NCBI RefSeq assembly: GCF_004010195.1
Contig: NC_057717.1
Coordinates: 104,784,937 to 104,816,902 of the forward strand
Length of the DNA: 31,966 nucleotides
Reading direction: 5' to 3'
Origin: Chiloscyllium plagiosum
Lineage: Eukaryota
The notes under the pieces were generated by a model. The model saw nothing but the letters and a program-made list of their open reading frames with translations. It was not told the DNA's origin and made no database searches. A program made the translations under genes and the position numbers. This document shows positions 1 to 11,076 of the stretch, piece by piece (position 1 is the first letter of the stretch; every line of letters starts with the position of its first letter).

Positions 1-108
1 TTATATAATCATGCACTGTCCTGAGATTAACTGAGGAAGTTGTAACCTACTACTTCAATATGGAACATTCCATTGAACTGTAGAAAGTGATTTGGATTAG
101 ACTTTCTC

Positions 109-450
109 AGAGCTGGATAGAGAAGATAGAGAGAAACTGTTCCCACTCATAAAAGGAACAAGAACGAGAGGACATAGATTTAAAGAGATCTGCAAAACAA
201 GCAAGGGTAAAGTGAGGGAAAAGCTATTTATGCAATGAGTACTTTGGGTATGGAATGCACTGCCCGGAAATGTGGAGGAGACAGGTTCAATTGAAACACT
301 CCTGAGGGCATTCGATAATTATTTAGATAAAATAATGTATAAGGGTCTGTGGAAAAAGCAGGAGATTTGCACTAGGTAGTGATGCTCTTTTAACAAGTTG
401 GTGCAAGCACAATGGGCCAAACGGCCTTCTTCTGTGATGTAACAACTCTG
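109..450 (+). mobile_element. Decayed 3' end of a CR1/HER1-like LINE
   Basis: ORF2 C-terminal-like sequence (agaggacatagatttaaa, gtatggaatgcactgcc) followed by a CR1-type tail (atgggccaaacggccttcttctgtgatgtaa); recognised by pattern only. Confidence 0.7.
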
Positions 451-688
451 GGTGTACTTTTGCTCGCTGAGCTGGAAGGTTCATTTTCAGATATTTCACC
501 ACCATACTAGGTAACATCATCAGTGTGCCTCTGGTTGAATCAGTGGTGGCATGGCTGGCTTTCTATTTATGCATTTAGGTTTCTTTGGGCTGGTGATGTC
601 ATTTCTTGTGGTGGCATCATTTCCTGCAGTGATGTCATTTCCTGTTCTTGGAATTACATCACCAACCCAAAGAAACCTAAACACATAA
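451..688 (-). mobile_element. Penelope-like element terminal fragment with a short inverted duplication
   Basis: Contains a decayed hammerhead motif and short gatgtcatttcc repeats; 567-605 is the inverted copy of 650-688; similar layout to the element at 31802-31966. Confidence 0.65.
488..525 (-). ncRNA. Degenerate minimal hammerhead ribozyme motif
   Basis: Minus strand CA-CTGATGA-T-GTTACC TAGTAT GGTGGT-GAAAT-ATC-TG; changes from GAC-GAAAC-GTC are mostly CpG-type transitions. Confidence 0.5.
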
Positions 689-1940
689 CACAAAAAAAAT
701 CTAATAATCAACAAGATAATTAAATCCTAACTTTAAAACAGTCCACCCATGTATCTATGGTTACATTTCTTTTATTAGTTACACTTTTAGTATTGTCAAG
801 TGGATTGCCAAGTTCAATTACCGATCTCCTGAGACTATCTGAAGCTGCATCTTGCCCCATTTGAACAACTTCTTTAAAAAAAAACCCTCCTGTTATGCAG
901 TTCTAGTGCCAACAATATTAACATGGGAGATAAGTAAGATGAGCACCGCATTTAAAAGTTGTCCTATACCCTCATTCACAAAATAGTTCTAAAGATATCA
1001 CTTTGTTATCAGGTAATTGGTGCCTTTCTCAGGCCACTGATTTGAACTCTACCAGTTTTGTATAAACATAAAGATGAGAAAACATCCAGAATTACTAGTA
1101 AGACTGATTTGTACCAATAGAAGGTCCTAAATAGATATTTCGGCCTTCAGAACCAGTTGGTTGACTGGGTCATTTTGGGCTACCCGACATTAGAGAATAC
1201 TATCATATACTCTGTACATTTCTCTTTTAAGGTCTAACAATAGATTTTAAAATCCAACCTGCAGGAATGTAGTAACTTGTAGCTAAAGGTTCCGTTAAAG
1301 TCTCAAGCTGAAATCACATTACTGCTACCATGGCACACCAGAGTGCTGCTATTGAACTATGTTTCCCAGTTAGTTTTCTTTCACCCATGAAACCATTGTT
1401 ATTTTGTTTGTCTGTGTCTGTGTATGTAGAGGTTTAACAGTCAGGTAAATTCTGGACTTTGTGTGTTTTGATTAAATCATTAATTTTTGTAGCAACTCCA
1501 GGAGTAGTGAGTTGTGACACAGTTTGGATAAATGTCCACATGCGCATTTCTGCACTACAAATGTCTACTGTTATTCACTAATCAAGGCAATAGTAAAATA
1601 CTTAGTGAGTAAACAACTCTGCTTTCTATTTCATCATTTTACCAAACAAATGCACAGTCAGGTCACAAGTGTACGCTGTTCACATGTGTATTACCTGTTC
1701 AATGATGGCCCATATTCAGATTCATATATAATGCATAACGTACTAGACAATTTTGATGTAGACAATATGTAGGTTGGTTATTTGATTATATGGAACATCA
1801 TATTCGATCCTAATACCTTTTTCCTCTCTCATATACATACACTAGAAACACTAGATTTTAATGAAATTTCATAAAATGTTAAACTGATAGGTAAAATAAA
1901 CAAAAGGTTGACTGTAGTAGTGTTTAACAATAAAACATAC

Positions 1941-2081
1941 TCTGGCCAGCCCTCTCCAGTTGACACAGTGAAGAGAGTCAGTAGAGCCCAGAGCACATTA
2001 TCGTAATGGAACTCATATCGTTTCCACTCCCGCTTCTGTGCCTTAATATCGCTTTCCTTCATGTAGACCAAGTATTGTCCT
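1941..2081 (-). CDS. CACNA1B: Cav2 calcium channel alpha-1 exon, repeat III extracellular loop and pore helix (141 nt, phase 2 to 2)
   Basis: tttcccttttctgtttcag|A GGA CAA...TGG CCA GA|gtatgt; translates [47 protein letters not shown], including the repeat III selectivity-filter Glu (TGEGW). Confidence 0.95.
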
Positions 2082-2189
2082 CTGAAACAGAAAAGGGAAA
2101 AGAAAATTAAAACATAGATTTGTATTTGTATATCTCCTTAAAAATCTCAGAAAAAAATTCAAAGCATTTCAAAAACAAAAATTACTTTG

Positions 2190-2293
2190 GAATGCCGTTA
2201 GCAATGTTACATAGGTTAATGCCACGCAGCACCAGATACCTGGTTTCAATTCCACTTTTGGGCCACTGTCTATGTGGAGTTTATACATTCTCT
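2190..2293 (+). mobile_element. Old, truncated HE1-like SINE head
   Basis: cacgcagcaccagatacctggtttcaattcc...ctgtctatgtggagtttatacattctc aligns by eye to the 5' part of the SINE at 11077. Confidence 0.55.
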
Positions 2294-2839
2294 CAAACAC
2301 TACACTAATTTCTAAGCTTAGATTTGGGTTTAAGTCTGGAATATAGGATAGTCACACAACCTTCTGAGTCAGACAAGTGTGCACCAACTGAGCCAAGCTG
2401 ACCTCAGATAAAAGTACTTGCAAAACTTCATTTATCTCCTCCCGGTTGTGTGAAACTTTCCTTCCTGTCTTCTCCAATTGTCTTCAGGCAGTCATGCAAA
2501 GGCAAATTACTGCAGATGTTGAAGATGTGAAATAATATAACTTGCTAAAAATGTTCAGTATGCAATAGCAGCATCCAAATAGGGGGTGCATTAAATGGTG
2601 GAATATTTCCACATTTTGAGTGACAATGGTGAGAAACTTGTGAAATTATAGTGAGAATGAAAACGTTCAGATTCCCAAAGGAGAAAACAAATTGAATTTT
2701 CCACTTAAGGTTCAAGTGGGGTGTTCTGATTCTCACTAATGAGCTGCAACACTTTATTTTTATTAATTTGTGTTTCCTCATTTGCCCTCCTTCATCAAGA
2801 AACTAGAAGACACTAACTGCTGATATGCAAGTTAGAGAA

Positions 2840-3510
2840 ATTACCTGATGCCATAGCTCACCACTTGATTCTCTGGACCTTCATCTAGCTCCACCATCAC
2901 CACTACTTCCCTGTATGCTCTGTGGACACTGTGATCTTTTATCCTTCCTCCATCCAAGGGACATCACCAAATCACTAGTATCGCCATATCATCATCATGG
3001 TTGATCTCACAACAACTCACATACCTCTTCAGCCTTTCAGGACATCACTTTGGAGCTCAGTGACAATTATGCCTTGCATGCTTCTGCCAGGTTGCTTTGT
3101 GCACATGGACATGCACACCTTATGTATCAATACAGGACGCATCTAATGATTATTAGCTTACCTTCTTCGCACTCACTACCTTTGCACTGACTTGGATGCT
3201 TTCAGATTCTCTGGCTTGCATTGATTTTTTTGTACACAGGCTCCTCAGCCATGACTAACAGGTTGCCAGCCTTTCTGGCTAGCATTGCTGTTTAACAGAA
3301 GCAGGGACACGTAGTTTGTCATGTTTCAGAACACTGAACAGTCAATGAGGAATATGATGATGGACAGGGGTGGAGGTAGGGTGCAGGTGGGGTGCGATGG
3401 TGGAGGGGTTGGAAGGGTTGAAGAATTATCACTACTCTCAGGCAGAGCCTACAGCTCATGAGGATGCAAACTCAAAATCTTGCTATGTTTGTACCCAACT
3501 TACCTGTACA
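2840..3510 (-). mobile_element. Possible relic of a Harbinger Myb/SANT-like accessory gene
   Basis: Minus-strand fragment INASQRI*KHPSQCK..SAKK directly followed by gtaag, plus other donor-like sites; heavily decayed, weak resemblance. Confidence 0.3.
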
Positions 3511-3637
3511 ATTACAAGACAAAAACACATTTTTACATCTAATTCTATGCATGCAATTATATCATCTGAGATGTTCAAGGGTGACTTTTGTTTTGCAAGA
3601 GGGTACTGTTACAAGACAAGTGTGACACCACTTAACT

Positions 3638-4049
3638 CGGCAAAAGCAGGAACAGGATCCCGTGGTGACGGCAATAGCAGGAATAGTGTCCCGTGGTGAT
3701 GGCAATAGCAGGAACTGGGTCCTGTGGTGACGGCAATAGCAGGAACTGGGTCCTGTGGTGACGGCAATAGCAGGAGCAAGGTCCCGTGGTGGCGGCAAAA
3801 GCAGGAACAGGGTCGCGTGGTGATGGCGGCAATAGCAGGAACAGGGTCCCGTAGCAGTGGCAATAGTAGGAACAGGGTCCCCGTAATGGCAGCAATAGCA
3901 AGAAGAGGGTTCCCGTGATGGCAGCAATAGCAGGAACAGGGTTCCCGTGATGGTAGCAATAGCAGGAAGAAGGTTCCCGTGGTGGTGGCAGTAGCAGGAT
4001 CAGGGTTCTAATGGTGGCAGCAATAGCAGGAGAGGGTTCCCGTGGTGAC
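3638..4049. repeat. GC-rich minisatellite, about 13 units of 30-34 bp
   Basis: Consensus GGCAATAGCAGGAACAGGGTCCCGTGGTGAC in tandem; explains the overlapping ORFs at 3370-3959. Confidence 0.95.
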
Positions 4050-4143
4050 CCAGTTCCTGCCTCTGCTGCCAGCCCAGTCTGCCTGCTCTTGCTGTGCTTT
4101 TATTTAAAATTAATAAGGTTTTTATGGGACCTTGCGCTCTTGT

Positions 4144-4198
4144 TTGGATAATCCAAAATTTGGATAATTGATGTTTGGATAACCAAGGTTTTTCTGTA
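4144..4198. mobile_element. Tigger/pogo-like DNA transposon terminus
   Basis: Three ttggataa subrepeats ending ggataaccaaggtttttctg followed by TA; no partner TIR found. Confidence 0.5.
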
Positions 4199-4847
4199 CA
4201 TTAATGGAAGTGAGGTTGAGAGGGTGGAGAGTATCCTCGGAGTGATGATTACTGACAACCTGTCCTAGACTTACCAGGCAGATACAACAATCAAGGAGGC
4301 ACAACCTCGCCTCTTCTTCCTTCGGCAGCTCAGCAAATTCCACACATCTATGAAGACCCTTGCCAACTTCTACAGATGCGCCATTGAAAGCATACTGCCC
4401 AGGTGCAGATCAGCCTGGTACAGCAACTGCTCTGCTCAGGACCGTAAGAAACTACAGAAGTTGGTGTGCACAGCCCAGACCATCACAGAAGCCAACCTTC
4501 CAATCCATGGACTCCATTTACACGGTTTCCAGCTGCAGAAAGGCTGCCAACATCATCAAAGACCCATCGCACCCTGGTAATGATCTCCTACAACCTCTTC
4601 CATCAGGCAGAAGATACAGAAGCCTGAACACATGCACCAGCAGATTGATGAATGCACTCTAGTCTCAAGTAATGCTGATCTTGTTAACGTTGATCTCGCT
4701 TAGCGCACACCCTGTGCAGTGTAACCCTATGCCCCTGTCTAAGTCTTTTTACAACCTCTGATCTGTACATCCTTGTTTACTATGATCTGCCTTTACTGCT
4801 CATAAACAAAGCTTTTCACCGTACTTCGGTGCAATGAGAATAAATCA
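4199..4847 (+). mobile_element. Rex1/Babar-type LINE 3' fragment, frameshifted
   Basis: KEAQPRLFFLRQLSKF, KTLANFYRCAIESIL and RKAANIIKDPSHPGNDLLQPLPSGRRYRSL match the post-RT C-terminal region of this clade; 3' UTR ends near AATAAA. Confidence 0.8.
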
Positions 4848-4849
4848 GT

Positions 4850-5302
4850 GAGTTGGCCTTCATAGCCTTCTATGAATTCCAGAGATTCACTACCCTCTGA
4901 ATGAAGAACTTTCTCTCCATCTCAGCCTGCAGTGGTCTACATGTACCCTGAGACTGCGAGTAACCCCTTGTTTGAATCACCCCCATGCCCCAGCCAGTGG
5001 AAACATCACTTTTGTACACAGTCTGTCTAGCTCTGTCAAGATTTTTAACATTTCAATGTGATCCCTCTCTTTCTTCTAAACTCCAGTCACATGTGATCCA
5101 ATCTCTCCTCAAATGATCAACCTCGTCAAGGGCAACTAGGGACCGGCAATGAATGCTGGCCTGCCAGCAATGCACACCTCCCAAAAATTATTAATTTTTT
5201 TTTAAAAAACTGTGACCATAGGATTCAATCTGATTGGCCTTCACTGCCCTTCCTCTGCGGCAAATATATATTTTCTTCAATAAGGAGATCAAAACTGCAG
5301 AT
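4850..5302 (-). mobile_element. CR1-like LINE, 3' part, interrupted by the Gypsy element
   Basis: gaattccagagattcactaccctctgaatgaagaac...; aaaactgcag at 5291-5300 continues as acacaaaattccaggtatggtctc at 9236. Confidence 0.7.
5127..5195 (+). mobile_element. Short SINE/LINE 3' tail (SacSINE1/DeuSINE-like)
   Basis: caagggcaactagggaccggcaatgaatgctggcctgccagcaatgc; a related inverted copy lies at about 14640-14712. Confidence 0.5.
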
Positions 5303-5519
5303 TGTATGATTGAAACAAGGTCAGCCAGATGGAGCTCAGAATATAAGATCCCTAATTGGGGATGTTAATCTGGTTCAATCAGGGAGCTCTGGCTGACGGG
5401 TAAGAACAGGAGTATCAGGGATTCTGTTCACTCTGAGGGAGCTGGATCAGTCATTGAATCTGCATATGTAAATAAAGGATGACTTGGTGACAGGAAACTA
5501 GCTCGGTGCTGTTATTTCA
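5303..5519 (+). repeat. 5' LTR
   Basis: tgtatgattgaaacaaggtcagccagatgg...gttatttca; similar to 8244-8358 plus 9104-9234. Confidence 0.85.
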
Positions 5520-5605
5520 GTGATGACAAGAAAACAGCATGAGCAAGAAGAAATTTCACTCACAACAGTCATCTTTGAGCTGGGGTGAGCATTTCTAGCA
5601 TCATT

Positions 5606-5920
5606 ATTTGATTAGATTAGATTACTTACAGTGTGGAAACAGGCCCTTCAGCCCAACAAGTCCACACCGACCCGCCAAAGCGCAACCCACCCAGACCCAT
5701 TCCCCTACATTTACCCCTTCATCTAACACTATGGGCAATTTATCATGGCCAATTCACCCTAACCTGCATATTTTTGGGTTGTGGGAGGAAACCGGAGCAC
5801 CCGGAGGAAACTCACGCAGACACGGGGAGAATGTGCAAACTCCACACAGTCAGTCACCTGAGGCGGGAATTGAACCCGGGTCTCTTGCGTTGTGAGGCAG
5901 CAGTGCTAACCACTGTGCCA
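5606..5920 (-). mobile_element. HE1-type tRNA-derived SINE, full length
   Basis: Minus-strand A box TGGCACAGTGG, B box GGTTCAATTCC, central tgtgtggagtttgcacattctcccc domain and (TCTAA)n tail. Confidence 0.92.
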
Positions 5921-7499
5921 ATGAGCCACTGTGCCATTGTTAATCAATGAGCTTAACTCATTCAATCCTGCTGTTGAAGACTGGGCTGAGTATGTGGAAA
6001 GAATGCATTATTTTTTCGGGCGAATGATATTGCAGTTGATGAAAAATAACAAGTAATTCTCCTAACAACTTTTAGACCCACAGCTTTTTCAGTTACTAGG
6101 AGCCTAACTTTCCCTGAGGCACTAGATACTAAAATCTTTCAAAAGTTGATGGATTTACTCAGCAATTTGAGAACCAGAGAAATCTGTATCGGAATTTTTG
6201 ATGAGGTTTAAGCAACTGGCAGAGGCATCTGACTTTGGTTTAACCCTTAATGAAATGCTGGGAAAATGTTTCATAATGGGATTAATAACGTAACCATGCA
6301 GTAGTGCCTACTAGTTGAATCCCAATTGGACTTCAAACAGGCACTAAACTGACTTTATCAGAACAAAATGTGGCAATTGGAACATATGATTTACAAATAT
6401 TCCAATGGAAGTGGACACCCTCACCAGCCCAAATGAGCTTGGGAGACACTATTTGAATTGCATAGCCTCGTTCAAGACATATCCTGAAAACAGATCATAC
6501 AACAGCAAAACCCAAAACAAAGCCAAGCCTTGACCAAACGGTGAAAATGTTTTTCAGTATCCGGGCCAGCAAGCCATTGTAGTTGCTGCCAGTATATGGA
6601 CACGAGACAGCAAAGGAGACCCACTAGACCTGAATTGTGGAAGAGAACTCAAAAGCCTGCATCTTGGAGAGTGCACACTCTGGAAAGTCCACCTACGTTT
6701 AGTTTGGAGCAGGTAAATTGCTTAGGAACATCCAGATCAGAATAATCAAATAATCAAAATCAATCAAAATAAACCTCTGGTTAAATGGTCACCTGGTTCT
6801 AATGGAGATCGATACCCACACACCCATTCCAGTGATCGCACAACTGGTCTTTAACAAAATTCACTCTGGACTCCAATCCTTACATTTGCATAAAACCTTG
6901 GCCAGACTGAGAACCTATACCAGTAGACCTTTACAAATTAAGGGTATAACTTTGGTTCTGGTCTCTTACAAGAAGCAGCTGGTTCAGTTACCATTGATTG
7001 TAGTAAAGGGCTCAAGCCCAAGCTTGATGGGATGAAATTGATTGAGAAAGATTCACCTAGATTGGCTCAACATCTTTTGATTCAAAATTAGTTGCCTGAG
7101 TGAAGTTTTCATTAAATACCCAGACGTTTTTCAGGAATATAAAGGGACTATCAAAGGAGCCAAGGCCACCTTGCATGTTGGCCAGGAAGCAATTCCATGA
7201 TTCTGCAAGACCTGCCCAGTGCCTTTTGCCTTATGAGCAAAAGTAGAGGCAAAAATCAGAAGACCCGAAAGCGAAGGAATCATTAAACCAGCCCAGTTTG
7301 TGGAACGTGCAGCACTGATTGTATCAATTGTGAAGCCCAATGAGTCAGTTTGCCTTTGTGGGCATTTTAAACAAATGGTAAACCACTTTGCCAGCTGGAT
7401 AAATACCCAATCCCTTGCAGGGAGGAATTATATGCAAAGCTGATGGGGTAGCTGTTCTTTATGAAGCTGACATGAGACATGCCTTCATGCAATTTCAGT

Positions 7500-7852
7500 T
7501 ATAGAATCCATACAGTGTAAAAACAGGCCCTTCTGCCCAACGAGTTCACACCAATCTTCTGAAGAGTAATTCACCCAGACCCATTCCTCTACCCTATTAC
7601 TCTATATTTACCCCTGACCAATGAACCTAACTTACACATCCCTGAACACTATGGGCAATTTAGCATGACAAATCCACTTAACCTGTATATCTTTGGACTG
7701 TGGGAGGAAACCAGAGCACCCGGAGGAAACCCACGCAAGCACAAGGAGAATGTGCAAACTCCACACAGACAGCTGATTCCCTGAGGCTGGAATTGAACCT
7801 GGGTCCCTGGTGCTGTGAGGCAGCAGTGCTAACATCTGAGCCACTATGCCAT
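7500..7852 (-). mobile_element. HE1-type SINE inserted in the Gypsy RT
   Basis: Same head, core and tail as 5606-5920; Gypsy RT sequence resumes after it, with an imperfect duplication ttcagtta/tccaatta. Confidence 0.9.
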
Positions 7853-8358
7853 TCCAATTAGATGAGAATTCCCAGAAGTATGCTATATTTAATACCCATA
7901 TGTACCAATATATGAGACAGCCTGTTGGGGTATCATCAGCCTGTGCAGTTTTTCAGTTGATGATGGAGAATAGCACACATGGGATCTTCCTCTCTGTCAT
8001 GCATTGAAGATACCTCAGAATGCGAGATGGTCTCAGAGGGTGTTGCCACCTCGCACCTTTGCCGCCTGAAGAGGAGAATGAATTTCTTCCAAGACACTCT
8101 CAGCGCAAGAGGCAAGCTGTGCGTCACATACCACTTATATCAGAGGCAGAGTTGGAGGAATCTGACCCAATGCTAAAAGGTCCCAGGAGGAGATACAAAA
8201 AAAAAGGAACTGGCCTACGTCCTCATACTCAGAGTGGGAGGAATGTAGTGATTGCAACAAGTTCAGCTAGATGGAACTCATAGAATACGAGTTTCCTGAT
8301 TGGGGCTGTTAACTTGTCCTATCAGGGAGGCCTTAATTACAGATAGGAACAGGAGTGT

Positions 8359-8783
8359 TTGGGGTCGTTAGGGCCAACTGCCTGCCCCTCTTCCGCGGTT
8401 ATGTTAGAGCCCGGGTGTCCTTGGAGAAGGAGCACGCGGTGTCCACCAACACCCTGGAGTTGTTCAGGGAGAGGTGGGTGCCACAGGGAGTGGAGTGCAT
8501 CATTTCCCCCTCCAACTCTATTTTGATTTAATCCCTGCCCTCCCCTTCACTGTTTGATCACACAGCATTGCCCTTTGATGTGAAGGGCACTGCTTGTCAC
8601 TGGCCACTCGGGTGTTTCTTTTCTTCCTGGTGGTGGAAACTGAATAAAGATTTGTGCACCTTGTGTCTTTCACTGTGTCTCACATCTGCACACACACAAC
8701 ATGGGTGCTGGGGAATTAATAAGGACTACCGCAGTTATGCGGTAGTGTGGGGGTAATTAAAAATAAGAAAAATAAAAAAAATA
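8359..8783 (+). mobile_element. 5'-truncated Tx1/L1-clade non-LTR retrotransposon 3' end
   Basis: Open frame 8361-8531 GVVRANCLPLFRGYVRARVSLEKEHAVSTNTLELFRERWVPQGVECIISPSNSILI*, then 3' UTR and A-rich tail; flanked by aacaggagtgt/aacaggaatgt. Confidence 0.8.
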
Positions 8784-8853
8784 AACAGGAATGTCAGAGC
8801 TTCTGTTCACTAAAAAATAAGAAAAAAAAGAAACTAAAAGGAACAGGAGTGTC

Positions 8854-9103
8854 TTTGATTTAATCCCTGCCCCTTCCCTTCACTTCTTGATCACGCAGCA
8901 TTGCCCTCTGAGAAGGGCACTGCTTGTCACTGGCCACTCAGGTGTTTCCTTTCTTCCTGGTGGTGGAATATAAATAACAATTTACACACCTGTTGTTTTT
9001 CACTGTGTCCATCACCTGCACACACATGACATGGGTGCTGGGGTAAAATAAGCACTACTGCTGTCAGGCGGTAGTGTGAGGGAAAATAAAAAAGAAACAT
9101 AAG
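8854..9103 (+). mobile_element. Second, shorter Tx1-like 3' end
   Basis: Diverged copy of 8522-8783 (tttgatttaatccctgccc...gcggtagtgtg plus A tail), flanked by aacaggagtgtc on both sides. Confidence 0.8.
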
Positions 9104-9234
9104 AACAGGAGTGTCAGACATCCTGGTCATTCTGAGAGCTCGCTCTTTGGGAGCTGAATCAGTGTCAAGGACTGTCTAAGTATAAAGAAAGGGAGACTTG
9201 GAGACAGGATACAGGCCTCTGCGGAGTTATTTCA

Positions 9235-9860
9235 GACACAAAATTCCAGGTATGGTCTCAACAAGATCCTATATATTTGCAGTAAAATTTCCTTGCTCAT
9301 GTACTCAAATCATCTTGTAGTGAAAGCCACCATACGATTACCTTCCTAACTGCTTGCAGCACCTGCATGCTTCCTTTCAGTGACCAGTGTACGGGACACC
9401 AAGATCCCTTTATACATCAACATTTCCTAAGCTGTTTCCATTTAAATAATACTCTGCCGTCCTGCATCGCTGTCCAAACTTCACAGTTATCCATGTTATA
9501 CTGCATTTGCCCATTCACTCAATTCACCCAGATGACTCTTTAATTCTCATCACTTACAATACCATCTAATTTTGTATCACCAATATACTTGGAAACATAA
9601 CATTTGATTCCTTCACCCAAATTGTTGGTACATATTGTAAGTAGCTGGGGTTCAAGCCCTAAATCCTGTGTCCAACCCCATTGTCACTGTGTTCCACTCT
9701 GAAAACGACTTCACTTATTCCTATTTTTCTTTCCAAAACCTCAGTCCATACCAATATGCTGCCACTAATTCCACTGGCTTTGATTTTGGACATTAATCTC
9801 TAAAGTTGAATTTGACCAGAGGCTTTCTGAAAATCCAAATTTGTAATATTCTGTGGTTCT
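9235..9860 (-). mobile_element. CR1-like LINE, continuation (decayed RT region)
   Basis: Continues the LINE broken at 5302; resembles the LINE at 11390-13260 in the same orientation. Confidence 0.7.
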
Positions 9861-9870
9861 TGATTATTCT

Positions 9871-10436
9871 ACTTGCGGAACGTTTCAGAGAACACCTCTG
9901 GGACACCAGGACCAACCAACCCAACCACCCCGTGGCTCAACACTTCAACTCCCCCTCCCACTCCACCAAGGACATGCAGGTCCTTGGACTCCTCCATCGC
10001 CAGACCATAGCAACACGACGGCTGGAGGAAGAGCGCCTCATCTTCTGCCTAGGAACCCTCCAACCACAAGGGATGAACTCAGATTTCTCCAGTTTCCTCA
10101 TTTCCCCTCCCCCACTTTGTCTCAGTCCCAACCCTCGAACTCAGCCTTCCTAACCTGCAATCTTCTTCCTGACCTCTCTGACCCACCCCCACTCCTGCCT
10201 ATCACCCTCACCTTAACCTCCTTCCACCTATCGCATTTCCAACGCCCCTCCCCCAAGTCCCTCCTCCCTACCTTTTATCTTAGCCTGCTTGGCACACTTT
10301 CCTCATTCCTGATGAAGGGCTCATGCCCGAAACATCGATTCTCCTGCTCCTTGGATGCTGTCTGACCTGCTGCGCTTTTCCAGCAACACATTTTCAGCTC
10401 TGATCTCCAGCATCTGCAGTCCTCACTTTCTCCTAC
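9871..10436 (+). mobile_element. Penelope-like element 3' fragment (GIY-YIG C-terminus and terminal repeat)
   Basis: LAERFREHLWDTRTNQPNHPVAQHFNSPSHS...RRLEEERLIFCLGTLQPQGMNSDF, pyrimidine-rich UTR and hammerhead motif. Confidence 0.9.
10305..10340 (+). ncRNA. Minimal hammerhead ribozyme motif, one substitution next to the core
   Basis: TC-CTGATGA-A-GGGC TCAT GCCC-GAAAC-ATC-GA; ATC in place of GTC breaks the ACGT palindrome. Confidence 0.7.
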
Positions 10437-10444
10437 ATCATCAC

Positions 10445-11076
10445 TAGGCTGTGTCATCTGTGCTCGGAAGGAATTCCTGTGCTTATCAAGATCACAGCTG
10501 TCCTTAAGATTTACGCCAGCAGTCTGTTCCAAGGAGCTAATGGGGACTTGTGTGGAATTTCCCAATCCTTGGCCCACAAATGCATCTGGAAAGTACAGAT
10601 GCCATTTTCTGCAGATTACATCAGTTCATTTCCTTCCCATTTGATAAGAACAGTCAATCATCTTGGACAGTGGGTTTCTCCCTTATCGCTGCCTCCCTGC
10701 AGGTGCAGGTACTTTAGACTGAATACACATTGCTATGACAGTGTCTATCAACAGCCTGCCAATTTCATCCAAGTCCAGCTCATCTGTGACCATCAATGCC
10801 AGATCCTGGGAGCTGCTATGATGCATATGTAATGGAGAACTTTCAGATTTCTGTGTCCTTCCATGGTTCTCGGGATGGCTGCTGGGAGACAAGAGGGTAC
10901 CCCCTCCATACATGGCTGATAACACATTTACAAAATCATCAGGCTGTCAGAGATACAATGCTGCCTATGTTTCCACTGGGGCCATAGTGGAACAGATCAG
11001 AGGCCCCCCTTCTATTTGGTTTCTATGCCTGGACCACTTTGGCAGGGCCTTACAATATAACCCAGAAAGATTGTGT
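10445..11076 (+). mobile_element. Decayed PIF/Harbinger transposase (HARBI1-like) fragment
   Basis: ITAVLKIYASSLFQGANGDLCGISQSLAHKCI, QVQLICDH, GWLLGDK, QRYNAAYVSTGAIVEQ and FLCLDHFGRALQYNPERLC occur in Harbinger DDE motif order across frameshifts. Confidence 0.8.

Larger units (their letters stand above)
5303..9234 (+). mobile_element. Decayed Ty3/Gypsy LTR retrotransposon with an internal deletion
   Basis: TG...CA LTR pair; PBS-like gtgatgacaag at 5520; gag-like FNPAVEDWAEYVERMHYF at about 5960; protease MEIDT at 6802; RT start PVPFAL*AKVEAKIRR..EGIIKP; polypurine tract agagtgggaggaa at 8231-8243; many stops and frameshifts. Confidence 0.9.
8244..9234 (+). repeat. 3' LTR, split by Tx1-like insertions
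   Basis: tgtagtgattgcaacaagttcagctagatgg...aacaggagtgt [insert] aacaggagtgtcagac...gttatttca. Confidence 0.85.

Noticed and set aside
3370..3959. Five overlapping ORFs of 64-121 aa
   Set aside because: Products of the GC-rich minisatellite; repetitive peptides on both strands
3638..4049. CRISPR-like regular spacing
   Set aside because: Units are contiguous with no unique spacers, no cas genes, and the context is eukaryotic
10479..11076. Functional HARBI1 host gene
   Set aside because: Frameshifts, deletions, damaged catalytic motifs and truncation indicate a dead transposon copy
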